The position numbers and the translations under genes were made by a program. From Nemertoderma westbladi (taxonomy: Eukaryota > Animalia > Xenacoelomorpha): DNA of 44,924 nucleotides. The DNA is taken from positions 1-44,924 of the forward strand of contig JAUCBJ010004307.1 of assembly GCA_032718475.1 (NCBI GenBank), given 5' to 3'. Below, in pieces: positions 21,521 through 34,737 of this stretch (its first letter is position 1; every line of letters begins with the position of its first letter). Below the pieces are notes generated by a model, which did no database searches, had not been told where the DNA came from, and saw only the letters and a list, made by a program, of their open reading frames with translations.

Positions 21521-22626
21521 TGTTCGCGCTTTTAAGACCTTTGGCAGTTTAACCCGCCAAATCTATATGTCTTCTAGGTTATAAATCGACTTTAGCCTAT
21601 GACAAGTATTTGATACAAATAAATCCAACATTAGCCGAAGCCAGTCTATGCGCGACCATTCACCCGCTGGATATACCCGGGAGACTGGATTCGGATGCTT
21701 TAATTTGATTGCGGTGCAGGCCTACCGTACTATTCGATTGATCGTTAATATATAATCTCTGACAAATATTATTCACTTTCGGGAAATATTAGCAGTTCCT
21801 TTAGGACGTGGCGCTCTATCCATATAAACAGAGTTATGACTTACACTATACACAACGGGATGGCTTATAGATCACAAAAGGTGCATTCTTTAGGAAATGC
21901 TTTGTTACTCGGTCAAGCACATACAGACTATTGCACACCACTGCACACTGAATTGCCGATATTCAGTGATTTTAATCATGTATAAAGAGAACAACAACCG
22001 ACATTTGTAGGGCCTATTAAGTAGCATTGCATTCACTACAAACCACGATAATGTATGTCGCAATTGCTATATGTAACCGGTCTCTCTAACCTTAGTGTAT
22101 CAAGAAGATTGGGGTTTCTGATCGTTTATCAATATTCTCCAAATAACAATATGCAAACGAATGATACATTTAATAACAAACCGTAAATAGCAGTAAATAA
22201 TGCGGTGAAAAGCAGTTTGAGTTTACAGCACGTAGTATGCAGTACCGTGCCAGACCAGGTAGGTAGTGTGCCAAGTTAACCAAGATAACAGTTTTGTGAT
22301 CTTATAATTAAAGACGTTCTAATGTTGGAAAATTCAGAAACATTCCACAGCCGATGATGTTCCAAGCTGGGAAAAACGTCATTACTGAATCATGTGATTC
22401 GTGGTATACATTTTACAGACAAAGAGGTAATCTATCACTGTGATTGGTCAACTGTTGTTCTGATTGGTTGATCGAACGGAACAAAGAGGCTACACAAGTA
22501 CAGCAAATCAGCCAACCAGCGGGCGGATTGTGCCACTAGAAGATACAGTTTAGAGGATTTGAGCGAATGGGGGAAAACTGGATTACGAATGGAAAAGGCC
22601 AGTTATATCCCCCAAAAGCTTTTACA
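21521..22626 (-). repeat. 3' LTR of element B (1106 bp)
   Basis: Direct repeat of 33598-34695 with a few substitutions and an 8-bp indel (gggatggc). Preceded on the minus strand by GGGAGCGG. Confidence 0.95.
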
Positions 22627-23223
22627 CCGCTCCCAGAAAATGGGATTTAATTATATAAAATATAAAAAATCACAGTTTCTAAAATATAAAAATACTCTAA
22701 ACAGTTAGTCTTTCTTGCGCGGACGGCGTTTACGCAGTTTCTTGAGGCTAGCAAGAGTCCTTTTCTCTTTGGGGCGAGCCACTTTACTAGGAGGGCTATA
22801 ACTCCTGGGTGAAGGGTGCAATACAATTGCATCAGAAGGTTTAAGGTTACGGTCGGTGTCTCGTCCATTTCGATATGCTTCTCCTCGAGCTGATTTTCCT
22901 CCGCTTGTCGTTGGATACGTTAAAACTCTCGCAGAGAATAGGGTTGTCTAAGTTCGATATCTTCTTAGAGATTTTGGATTTCCCAATCGAACTGAGATAA
23001 AGCCAATTCGTTTATCGCTTGGACTTGCTGTTACAACTTACGTTTATCTGAACAAACGCAGGTTTCCTTTCTGATCTTTGTAGAATAGCGTTTAACTCGT
23101 TTCGTACAACGCTCTCCTCCACCTTGATGAAGGGTTGTATCGCGTTAAACTGGGACGACTATAGGGTTGAATGGCGATATTAGGTGTCCGCGTCCCAATA
23201 CGGAATTATTTTATACGGTATTA

Positions 23224-24000
23224 TTATCGCTCGAAACTCCAGTAAATATAATGAGTACAACTGTGTTTAGCATAACGTCTCCGCGGATGTTTATGTCTTT
23301 CCGTTTGCTGATTGGGTCTAGGGCATTCATCGCAGTAATACCAAAGACGCACGTCCTGCATGGGAAACGCGAGTGATCGTTCGCCGGTTTTACAATATTC
23401 CTCCATCGGTTCGAAGCTATCCGGTACAACAGGTAGCGGTCGATCGGCGGTAAGATACATCATAGTGAAATAGAGTCGTTTGAGTTCTATCATAGGGTCA
23501 TGATGTATACCTTGAGGATATCGAGTTTCTAGATTTTGTTGACTGGCTATATTGAGATATGTTTCTCTCAAGAATTCCAGATATTCTTTGAAGTCGCTGC
23601 GTTTATCCGGTTCTTCAACATCTTCACTTTCGAGTCGGTTTCGAATAGAATTTTCGTGTTCGAATCTCAGTTTATCGTTCCGCTTCCGCTGGGTATGATA
23701 TTTAAATAAAACCATTTCCCTTTCGGTGTCTATATCGTTCGTATCGTGTAGGTCGATAGGATGACCAGTAGTTAAGAAGTCCATATACGTACCATTACGA
23801 TGCGTATAGCGAGCGGTGAATTTTCTATAGTCCAATTCACGCGTAAGTTGTTCCTGGGACATTGGCGGTTCGATATAACGACCATCGTCCTCCATAGTAG
23901 TTGGACCAGCGTCGCCGCGTATCAAGCTATCAACAAACGCTTGTAAAGGTAGAGTATATCGCTCCCTGATACCAAGATCATCTTCTATCAACTCAATCAT
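23224..24000 (-). CDS. Retrotransposon extra ORF (258 aa) of unknown function, downstream of pol
   Basis: Open ATG-to-stop frame on the element's sense strand. It is charged and hydrophilic with a C-terminal CDEC...H.H.....H.C.H cluster. A decayed homolog occupies the same position in element A. Confidence 0.6.
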   Translation of the reverse strand: MIELIEDDLGIRERYTLPLQAFVDSLIRGDAGPTTMEDDGRYIEPPMSQEQLTRELDYRKFTARYTHRNGTYMDFLTTGHPIDLHDTNDIDTEREMVLFKYHTQRKRNDKLRFEHENSIRNRLESEDVEEPDKRSDFKEYLEFLRETYLNIASQQNLETRYPQGIHHDPMIELKRLYFTMMYLTADRPLPVVPDSFEPMEEYCKTGERSLAFPMQDVRLWYYCDECPRPNQQTERHKHPRRRYAKHSCTHYIYWSFER

Positions 24001-25645
24001 ATCTGCTATATAAGTTTATCCATATTATAATGAGTTTATATTTAGGCGAGCGGGCATCGCTGCCTACCCCTCTCTGCCCCCGGACAGTGCGAGATCCTCA
24101 GCGCTGGTGTACTTTCGCCGATGTGCCTATCGCCAACGTCGTAGCTGCACAACGACTACAACAACCAGCACGAGTCACTCCACCGTCCGTCCCAAAGGCT
24201 TAGATATACTTCAGGTTCTTACTGGAGAGTTAGGGCTACTTTCACAATTGCGACTCGCTACTGTAAACACACCTTAGTAGTAACATTCACCTACAAACGC
24301 ACAAATTCCACGTAACTGTCACAAATGGTACACATTCTATCACACATTCGGGTCATTTGTCCGTTAGTCAAGTGCCTTCCAGAATGTCACGTTGTTATTA
24401 TGTATCCTTGGATACTAGCGGTGTGCTATTTATTCCGTATGTTATTCAATGAGCAAGCTTTTTATTGTTCTGTTAACTCGCTTCTAATTCTAGCGTGGTT
24501 GTTCCTATGGTGACATTATGGAAAGCTAGCGGTAGAATTAGGGTAATTCCCATGCATACAGATCTGGGATGCTATTTAATAGTAAGTCTTTAATGGTCAA
24601 TATCATCTCTATACATGATTTTATGAATTTTATCGGCTATTGACTCTATATTGGAGATTCTCGCACACTAATACACTTAATAGGTGAATCTCCGCTCCCA
24701 TGATCTATTAATTAATGGAATTTTGGGAATATTATAAATTGTATAAAATAACAATTTATCAAATTCATTAAAACATGAATTTAAATTTATTCCCGTAAAT
24801 TTTATTATTTAATATTAAATGGACACAATTTTATTCCAGAACATGTCTGGGGACTAGGATCCTTGATTCTAGGAAATTGGTCTTTTTAAGAATATCGGTA
24901 AGTGCTACGATATCTTAATCGACTAGAATGTTAAAGGATCTGAAATTTGACAGATTTTATAAATATTAATAGTTAATATTTAGGATGGGCACCAGTTTAT
25001 TCCAGAACTTGTCTGGGGACGTTAACCACTGATTCTAGAATTTTGTCTTTCAAGTATATCGGTGGGTGCCGCGATATCTTAATCGACTAGAATTGCAGAT
25101 GGTCAAAGGGTTTAACAGATTTATTTTGCGTTATACGCTACTGTTAAAGGGACATCACGCTACTATATGTATTATTTAATATACGGTATGAGAGCAATAT
25201 CGCACGAAGCAATGTCAGTGTGAAGAGGCAAGTCGTTTCCAAGGTCTACCCAGAGCTTGGTTTAGCCGAGACACGAGGATCTGAACTTTGCATTCCTAAT
25301 ACTCTGCTTACCAATAATACTTGAATATAGTAGGAGCTTTATTGTACTTTAATAAGTACGGATATTTCATCTTACTGTAGTCACGTATTTATAATGTAAT
25401 ACGGACAGTAAGGAAAGAGAAAAAGAATTATTTCTCGCCGTAGCACTAAATATATAATATATAAGTAATTAAGTAATAAACGCGAATATATATTGCACTA
25501 ATCTACTAAATAATCGCTAAAATAACATTCTACTAAATAAAATTAAAGAAAACGATTATAATAAAATTACATAATAATACATACATAATATAAAATAATA
25601 AAATAAATATAAAATAATATAGTCACACACCCACTCCGTATGTTG

Positions 25646-26674
25646 TTACGTTATGGAGTCCCTAGATATTTGTTGGATTAGGGAGGTGGTCGTGGGAAGA
25701 GTATCTTGCCTTCCATAGTTTCCGGACAGTTTTCGGTCTCTTTCCAGTAAACATAAATGACCAGCTGGGCGATTGAGTGGTTGTGTTACTTTCTCCGCTC
25801 CCTTGGCCTGTCTAATCTCAGCCGGGTTAAGGTGGGGAGGCCATTCATCTTCTTTACTTAGGAAGTCGGGTTCACCTAACCAGTCTGGAGTATCTGTCAG
25901 TTCTTGAGGAGTTGCTCCTCTGGAGGCGATGTCGGCTAGATTAATCGTCTCGGGGCAATGTCTCCATTGATCTACATTGGAGTTGATGTCGTCATTATCT
26001 GAGGAGTATGGTCTTCCCTCAGTTGGATCGTCTAACTCACTGCTCTCATCTTCCCATTCTCTTACTTGATATACCTGATCTTTCGGTAATCTTTCCATGA
26101 GAGTTCTACGGGAAGGGCCAGTAAAGTACCAACCCACTCTAGTTCTTCCCGCATAAGCTTGTAGTGGTTGCGGTTGAGCAGGCCGTTTCTCCAATGTCTC
26201 GAGCGCTTCATGCGCATTTTGACCGATGAGTATTTGGACTCCAGGATAATCGGTGTTGAATCTAGGTATTTCAAGCTGCTGGGTGAAATCGTCCTCATCC
26301 CAGATATAAGGTTCCACTTGGCTGGTAGCGAAGTTCTTTATCGCGACCATTTTTACTGACCTTATGCTGTGTTCTCCTAGTTCATCCTGGGGGGTGGACA
26401 ACGCGCCTACATAATAATCCGCTATTACGGTAGATTTCCAAACCTGCATAATTCCTGACATGTTTAGCTTAGTTCGGAACTTGGGTTGTCCAGCAAAGAT
26501 GTCTTCGGCTAGTTCTTTGTCGATGAATGTTCCTGTGCTACCGGAGTCAAGGAGGGCGTTCACTATATAACTCCTTTTAGGTCCGTGGACCCTTAACTGT
26601 ACTACAGGAAATTCTCGGATTCCTACATTGGAAGTTGGCGCTTTCCAAGATGGTTGTCGATCAGAAGTAGTTAG
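25646..26674 (-). pseudogene. pol: Internally deleted pol: protease fused in frame to the RNase H tail and the extreme integrase C-terminus
   Basis: ALLDSGSTGTFI...ILIG protease, then Pao RNase H end QWRHCPETINLADIASRG...WLGEPDFL...WP. It ends QPLNRPAGHLCLLERD...SRDSIT, matching the end of A's integrase. Confidence 0.88.
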
Positions 26675-26675
26675 G

Positions 26676-27979
26676 GGGAGCTCCGCTTACGTCCTTCTGG
26701 GCTCCTCCCCGAGGCGCACCCACGAGGCGGACGCTTTTCCACCACCCTTGGGGCCAGTCCGACTGATGTTTTTATCAGACCGGGCCGGAGGGTAGCCCGA
26801 TGCTTCCCGGGTTCAATTTTCAATCCCCCGATCACACCGGCACAGCTCGTCAGTGTAGCCAGATGGTCGGCTACTGTCAACTTACTGTGGCCTGACTGTA
26901 CATTGAGCCAACTCAGAGAGTCAACCGGCGGGTGGACCAGTCGATAGCGATCGAGCATCAAGGTCGCCCTTGAGCCAAACCGACGGTCTTGTCCCAAGTG
27001 GGCTTGCGCTACCCAACATGGAATATTGACACGTTTTCACCCGCCTCGCCGGCAGTATTGAGGGGAAGTCGGTTCGGCAAACAATACTGACTAGCTCGAA
27101 AGCTAGGAACAAGTAACCACTTACCAGTCACTGTACACGTGTACTCAACAGATGCTCACGAAATCAAGTACACAACGGTAAACACAAAATCTGACACATA
27201 CCATGCACACACAGAGGACATAATCGGGAAAGACAAATCGGTGACAAAATCAGAGGGGACAAAATTGTATCGACTGATAAAATAGTCGAGAGTACCTTAT
27301 TTTGCCGTCAGGGCAAAATAACTTTGTGTGCACAAAGCATGCTGGGGCGCAGTAAAGATATGGTCCTACTAATACCAGCGGCGTCTAGACCAACCGGCAA
27401 GGGTTCCCATACTCACTCGCAGTGGCCATACATACACTCACGTATACCACGTACCCACAGCAACAGAAAGCTCAAGCAAACTGCCACTGATCGTCCACAC
27501 ACAAACCACAAATTCCAGAGTATCATTCACTCGGACCACACTACCACCATCCCCTCCTTGCAGCAGATATTCTGGGTGCTACCTCCATTCCAATAGTAGC
27601 ACCAACAGAATCATCAGAATCCTGCCCATTCCGATGCAACACCTCCATTCCAATAGTGCTACCCTGGGAAAAGACACGTTTCGGCGGCCGATCGGAGACA
27701 GCAAAGAGTCTGGTCAACTCATACATACCAAACATAGACCTACCACATAGACCACATAAACCACAGATCACACTAAGCCACCACCCCTACTGTGTACAGG
27801 ACTGGCAGTACGGCAACAGGCCGACTAGACGGTACCACGGCACCATGTTGATTCATGGTTCGCTAGACACGAGGGCCTTCAGTAACTCCCTTGCACTATA
27901 GAAACGATTTAACGTGCCCCCAGACCCTCACGAGTCCGCCGCCGCCTGTTGACAGCACCCCTATAGAGACCTCACCTCC
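26676..27979. mobile_element. Unclassified ~1.3-kb non-coding insertion at the gag/protease junction of element B
   Basis: Absent from element A, where the flanks are contiguous near 305-325. Flanked by TTAGG at 26671-26675 and 27980-27984. GC-richer than its context, with many short perfect hairpins. Confidence 0.7.
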
Positions 27980-30900
27980 TTAGGCACTGTCGGTTTCCTT
28001 CTCATACGTAAGTGCTCGATACACTGCGGTATTTATTAAGTAACAGGATTCGTTTTCGTCTGAGAATTCGTCCGTATAGAATCCTTCCATCTCAGAACTT
28101 TGGTCAGTGTCGTTCACATCACTGAATTGGACATGTAGTTCGGACTCACTTACCTGACTCGAGCTGTTTTGTTCGAATTCAGTGTGCAACAAGATATGAT
28201 GTTTTGCGCCGCACTTTGCACACCTTGCGTCGGAGTAACAGGTTCGCCGTTGGTGTCCTCGTCTGAGGCAATTATAACACAACCGCTTATCCCACATGAC
28301 TTCCCGTCTATCGTTTAGTGATTTCCTTAGGAATTCATCACACACACTTAAACGGTGGGGCCCGTCACACAGCACACATTTTGGTTTGATGTTACTTACC
28401 TTACTTTGGGTAACGTTGTGCACACTCGTTCTTTCCTCGGGCTTTCTTACATGAATTCTCTTAGGAGACGTAGGAGGAGTTTTTCTTACTTGTTCTCTCC
28501 TGTCATTGGTTCGAGACTTGAATTTACTTACGTCCTTTAGCGCTTTGTTGTCATAGTAAGATCTTTCAGTGTCTTTCCCGCTGTCTTCCTCTTGAGAAGC
28601 CTGGCTTTCGTCGTCGTCTGTATAACACACTGGTATTACCTTTCTCCTAGAAACGGGTTTCTCACTTACCTTGTTTTCCGGTGTCTTCTCTCTGGACTGC
28701 TTTAGGAGCTGCAATTTCACTTCTCCATCTAAGAATGACATGAGATCAGCCATGGTAGGATCTCTTCGTTGTTGTTCCATCATGTATAACACTGTCTTGT
28801 CCCAGCGTGTACCTACTCCGCCCTTGGGCAAATTAGATACTAAGGCTCCTACAACCATAGAATTCTGGTATTCATGAGACTTACCTAACCAATCTAGTTG
28901 TCTACAGATCTCCTGAATCTCGTCGGAAATCTCTATAATCCCGCTGCTAAGAAACTTTCGGGGCGCCATTAATTTCGCATATAAATACCTAGCTATGTTA
29001 GTCCTATTACCATACCTGATGTTCAGTGTATCCCAAACTTGTCTTAATCCATCTGGATGTCCAATAAACTTTAACGCCATTAACTTGGGAGATCCTTCCA
29101 AGCACTCGATGAGGAATCTAAGTTTCTCTCCATTAGATAGCACAGAGTTATGTATGTTATCTTTGTAATATTCATTAAAAGGTAACCATTTCATCTCATC
29201 TCCATTGAACTTGACGATCTCTCCCACCTTTACCGCTTGACGGGCTTCGGTTCTAGCCATTTGACGCGTAAAACTTTCTTGGGCCATCGTGTTATTTAAT
29301 ATCGAATTATCGGTATATAAATTTCTCGGATTATTATCAAGTCTATATGGGATATCATTGTCAACAGGTTTATAATTACCCTTAATATGGTTTACTATGG
29401 GAGTTTCTACTTCGCTAGCAGTATAGATGCGTGTAGGCTCCACACCTTGCGCATGAAATACTTCAGACATAACAGGTTGACACATTGTTACAGGGGGTGG
29501 TGGTATACCCTTTTGTGTATTTACTAATTTATCGCGTTCTAACGCTATACTTTGCTGCACTTCTTGCAACTCTAACCTACTCTCTCTAATTGTTCCCTTT
29601 AACTGCTGCACAGTTCCCTCCATCTCCTGGGCCTGCTGAGAGGAGCGAGAATGTTGTTCCCTCAGCTGTCCGAGCAGGAGACCCATCTCCCGTCGTCCCT
29701 CATCTACCCACTCGAAACGGGAGGCGCCAACGTTGTAGCGGGCGGACGAGGGACAACGGGCGACAAGTCATGAATATTTCGCTCGGAGTCCAGGACATGA
29801 ACAATTTCAGGGGTGGTTCTGTGGGGCACAGGTAGCTTCGTGCTGTGCAGAGGGAATTTAGAGGTAGGTTCAGGGAGTACAGGTGTCTCTATCACCGAAG
29901 GGGTGGCTTCGAGAACAGGCCTAATTATTTCAGGCTCATCTACTATAGTAGGGAGTCTTTCTATGTTAATTATTTGGTCTGTGGGTTCTGTACTACCTAA
30001 GTCTGTGCTAGCTAGTTGCCTTCTAACAGCTGGGGGCAAATCAGGCAATTTCTGACGGTGGGACATTCTTTTACGTCTGCTTAGGCGAGATCGATTTCCT
30101 CCGCCTTCAGGATCGGTGGTATCGCCTTCCTCAGATGATGTATATCCCTGTCTTTTGGGAGTTGATCGACTCATCATCTGCATATTACTACCTGTTAACT
30201 GTTTATTGAAGTTGTCTTGCCTCTCTTGAAGATTTTCCAACTCTAGTTGGGTTGTCTCTTCAGATGCCCTCCGTTCTGCTTCTGCCACTGCCACTGCCGC
30301 TTTTCTTTCCACTTCGGCTGCTTTTCTTTCCGCTTCTGCCTCTGCCGCTGCCGCTTTTCTTTCCACCTCTACCGCCTTTCTTTCCGCTTCTGCCGCTGCC
30401 ACTGCTGCTGCCACTGCCACTGTCTTTCTGTCTTCTATACGTTTTTTCCTTACTTGTTCTTCTTGAACCTTAGCGATGCGGATGCTTTCATTGAATTTAG
30501 CTTGGTTCGCAGCTAACCTATCCACATCGATTGCGTCCAACACAAGCTTGGCTCCTTCACTATTAGGGCTAAGTCCATCTAGCCTTCTCCTCAACTCTTC
30601 ATCACCTAAAAAACGTTGATAGTCTGACAGATAGATGTCAATGGCATCCCTCTTATGCGGTTTCTCTGCCGTCGCTTCACTTTCCACTTGGGAAAAAGTA
30701 GCGTCTGTTGATTCTCCATGGGTTGAGCGCTCATCCAGCTGGGCTTTCCACTGAGCCGTTCCTTGAACCTGGAGACTCACCCTTTGAAACCAAGTCTTTA
30801 CGGCAACTTGCAACGACGTGTCTTGTCTTCTTTTAGAAGCCTCCTCAAAGGCCGATAAGATTAGCCTGATTCGTTGAATTCTTTCTCTAACTTGATAAAG

Positions 30901-31629
30901 CAGCTGTCCCTGCTCTTGAGGTCCTTGGGGTTGTTGAAACAGTTGTTCTTTTAATCGCTCCATGGAGCTGAAGAATCCCTGTACGTATCCGGCTGCGGAC
31001 CTCTTCCACACAGCTGGATCGATGGTTTCCTTGGTTACTCCCATCCTGTGTATGTCTTCCCAGGCAGCTTCTGATAAGTCAAACGGTAGTCCGGGTCCGG
31101 GGAAGTTCCATTGCGACTCGACAATAGACTTCAGTTCTTCCCTTGTGTATCCCGCATAACTATCTTTAGTCGACCGCTTACTTCTCGCCCAATCGATCTG
31201 GTGTTCTTCCACCGCAGTCAATAACCTAGTGAGTACGGCTGCAGGAAGGCTGAGAAGGGGATCCGAATAAACCGCATCCGTCATCTTTGCTCCGTGCTCG
31301 GGTGTCAGCTCTTCAGTATCCGCACTACTGGAGCTGTCGGGCCGCTGAGAAATAAGTTCTCGGCTCGCGGGTAGTTGCTGTTCTGCTGCTTCTTGGTCCC
31401 GCTTGACCTGAGCTCGAGTGCCTATGATAGACCTATGGTGCTCTACTAGCCTAGGGTCTGACACTACTACTGTAGGGATGACCTTGCTTACAGTAGGAGG
31501 GGACTTGGTCTTTGGTCTCAGACGCTCTATACTCTTAGCTGAGTCCCAGATCTTTTTAAGACCCTGTCTAACACTCATTCTAGCACTTTCTAAGAGACTA
31601 TCTGACAGTGTTTGTTTTGTGTCAGACAT
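27980..31629 (-). pseudogene. gag: gag of element B, split by a 7-bp deletion frameshift near 29713 (ORFs 29704-31629 and 27980-29686)
   Basis: Colinear and highly similar to A gag. A reads tcg gcg gtc gaa tgg where B reads tcg agt ggg tag. The three Cys/His knuckles are retained. Confidence 0.92.
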
Positions 31630-33586
31630 GTTTGATTGTACAGTTGAATGCCTACTGCTATATTACAGTTAAAGCAAGTCTAGTAATTCAGTATCACTGT
31701 TAGCCTAGTAATTAATTACCGATACTGCTACTCAGTGTAGCGTAATATATATATAATATATTAGAATACCGGTATGCTTATAGTATATATATATAAGTAT
31801 TATCACAGACTAGATTTGTCACAGAATACCGGTATGTAATTTCAGCACAAGTATATATAAATATATAATAGGCCTATCGTGAATACCGGTATACAGCTTA
31901 CACTTATAATATATATAAGTATAATTATGAACTAGAATTAATTACAGAATACCGGTATATAATTTAGCCTAAATTTATAGAAATAAATATAATAAGCCTA
32001 TCGCGAATACCGGTATGTCAATTATTTTAAATAATTGAATTTCTGAATTTTTAGGGGTTACTTGGTTACTTTACTTACTTTATTACCGTTATTTGAGCAG
32101 TAGTCCAACTGATATTGAGACCTAATTGTTGTATGACAGGCCTACTATTTATAAATCGTTTGAGTTGATTTATAATATATATATACCCGTATAATGGGTT
32201 TTGTCAATATTTGAAATAAATGTTATTATTTCTGGGAAGGAGTCACTACACAGAAGCTGTGCGCTCTCAGTGAAGTGCTACTTGTTGGACACTAAAACAA
32301 ATAATTCTAATTTACCTAAGTTACTTAATACTACAAATTACGTACAATTCGGGGTGAGATTACAATCTCTAAATAAACACAAAAATTACACGTACGAATT
32401 TTTAGGGTAATTTTACAAGAAGTCTACAAACCAGCCTAACAAAGGGTTAGAATATCTGGTTATTACAAACGGACAGGGTACTACGGTATTTGAAAATAAT
32501 AAGTAGTAGTAAATATACTGCATTGTCCAGATAGGAAAAATACCACCATCTGACGACTTATAGCCGTATCGCTATAAGTACTACGTTATGTATCACGGAG
32601 TGTTCCTACCTAGAAGTTAATTACCGCGGTCTACCAGAACCAACGTGCCTATTAACCACTTTACAACACAAATATACTGCCTACACACTAATTACCTTCG
32701 GAAAGCACTGTACACTAAACCCTAAATTAGATACAAGTACTTATACAACAAATAATCAGTAGTTAAAATACTTGAACAGCTAAAAGAACCACGGTATCTG
32801 CTGGAGTGACCGGGGCACAAAATCACCAGTCTTTACCTACGCCAAGCAGCCCTGATGTAGTACCGGGGTTAATTTAACTATAACGGTATATATAACAAGC
32901 ACAATTACTGTAGGAATAAACTTGGGGTATGAATGTTGCGAATAATCGCATAAACTCTGAATAATAAATATTACGCTACCCGTACAAACTACTCAAACAA
33001 AATACAAACCAAACGCTGGCAGACTACTATCAAGCCTAAATAAACTACAGGACATGCAGACTCCGAAATGGTTAGTTAGTATGCGTTCTAACCTAGTAGT
33101 ACGACTTATTCTTTTGGTGGGGGATTTACCTTACAGCTCTAGCTGCCCCTACGTTCCTAACCGGCACTTTATCGGACATACACTCTACATGCACTGCAAT
33201 CCGTTCAGACCTATCAACAGTCAGACAACAGTCCAGCCTACAAATTATCTGTACGATCTGAGCAGGCTTACACGTCTTCTGCTCAATATTAGCCTACAAA
33301 TAAATAAAACTGACAGAAACAAGTAAACCATACAAAGGAATAAGGGGTGATCAATCCCTAATCCCCTAACAGCCTACAATATACAATATATCACAATCGA
33401 AATAATACTGATGTACCTATACTGCTGTAAGTACCGGTTCCGGTGGTTAGGTAGTTAGGCCTACAGGTTACCGGTCGACCGGTACTTCAGCTTTATTGCT
33501 TGCTGCAATAAAGAAGCAATAACTGTTACTGTTCTTACCAGAACAATATTAAACTGTATTTATTGCCTACACTGCAATCTAGATTA

Positions 33587-33597
33587 AATACTGTTAT
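33587..33597 (-). promoter_or_regulatory. Primer-binding-site position of element B (ATAACAGTATT); not tRNA-complementary, complementary to its own LTR
   Basis: Directly follows the TSD-validated LTR end and lacks TGG. It is 10/11 complementary (first 8 perfect) to minus-strand LTR sequence at 34354-34364. Confidence 0.65.
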
Positions 33598-34695
33598 TGT
33601 TCGCGCTTTTAAGACCTTTGGCAGTTTAACCCGCCAAATCTATATGTCTTCTAGGTTATAAATCGACTTTAGCCTATGACAAGTATTTGATACAAATAAA
33701 TCCAACATTAGCCGAAGCCAGTCTATGCGCGACCATTCACCCGCTGGATATACCCGGGAGACTGGATTCGGATGCTTTAATTTGATTGCGGTGCAGGCCT
33801 ACCGTACTATTCGATTGATCGTTAATATATAATCTCTGACAAATATTATTCACTTTCGGGAAATATTAGCAGTTCCTTTAGGACGTGGCGCTCTATCCAT
33901 ATAAACAGAGTTATGACTTACACTATACACAACTTATAGATCACAAAAGGTGCATTCTTTAGGAAATGCTTTGTTACTCGGTCAAGCACATACAGACTAT
34001 TGCACACCACTGCACACTGAATTGCCGATATTCACTGATTTTAATCATGTATAAAGAGAACAGCAACCGACATTTGTAGGGCCTATTAAGTAGCATTGAA
34101 TTCACTACAAACCACGATAATGTATGTCGCAATTGCTATATGTAACCAGTCTCTCTAACCTTAGTGTATCAAGAAGATTGGGGTTTCTGATCGTTTATCA
34201 ATATTCTCCAAATAACAATATGCAAACGAATGATACATTTAATAACAAACCGTAAATAGCAGTAAATAATGCGGTGAAAAGCAGTTTGAGTTTACAGCAC
34301 GTAGTATGCAGTACTGTGCCAGACCAGGTAGGTAGTGTGCCAAGTTAACCAAGATAACAGTTTTGTGATCTTATAATTAAAGACGTTCTAATGTTGGAAA
34401 ATTCAGAAACATTCCACAGCCGATGATGTTCTAAGCTGGGAAAAACGTCATTACTGAATCATGTGATTCGTGGTATACATTTTACACACAAAGAGGTAAT
34501 CTATCACTGTGATTGGTCAACTGTTGTTCTGATTGGTTGATCGAACGGAACAAAGAGGCTACACAAGTACAGCAAATCAGCCAACCAGCGGGCGGATTGT
34601 GCCACTAGAAGATACAGTTTAGAGGATTTGAGCGAATGGGGGAAAACTGGATTACGAATGGAAAAGGCCAGTTATATCCCCCAAAAGCTTTTACA
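33598..34695 (-). repeat. 5' LTR of element B (1098 bp)
   Basis: Direct repeat of 21521-22626, followed by TSD GTATC. Confidence 0.95.
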
Positions 34696-34737
34696 GTATC
34701 CGATAATCTACGAAATCGATGGAACATTTTAATCGCC

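Larger units (their letters stand above)
21521..34695 (-). mobile_element. BEL/Pao LTR retrotransposon, element B: complete termini, non-autonomous (RT, most of RNase H and the integrase core deleted)
   Basis: Two LTRs with TGT...ACA ends and 5-bp TSD GTATC (21516-21520, 34696-34700). Gag and protease are homologous to element A. Confidence 0.96.

Noticed and set aside
27565-27622. Minus-strand CTGATGA followed by a long stem (possible hammerhead) inside the 1.3-kb insertion
   Set aside because: No GAAA after the stem (reads cagaatat) and no stem I/III partner.
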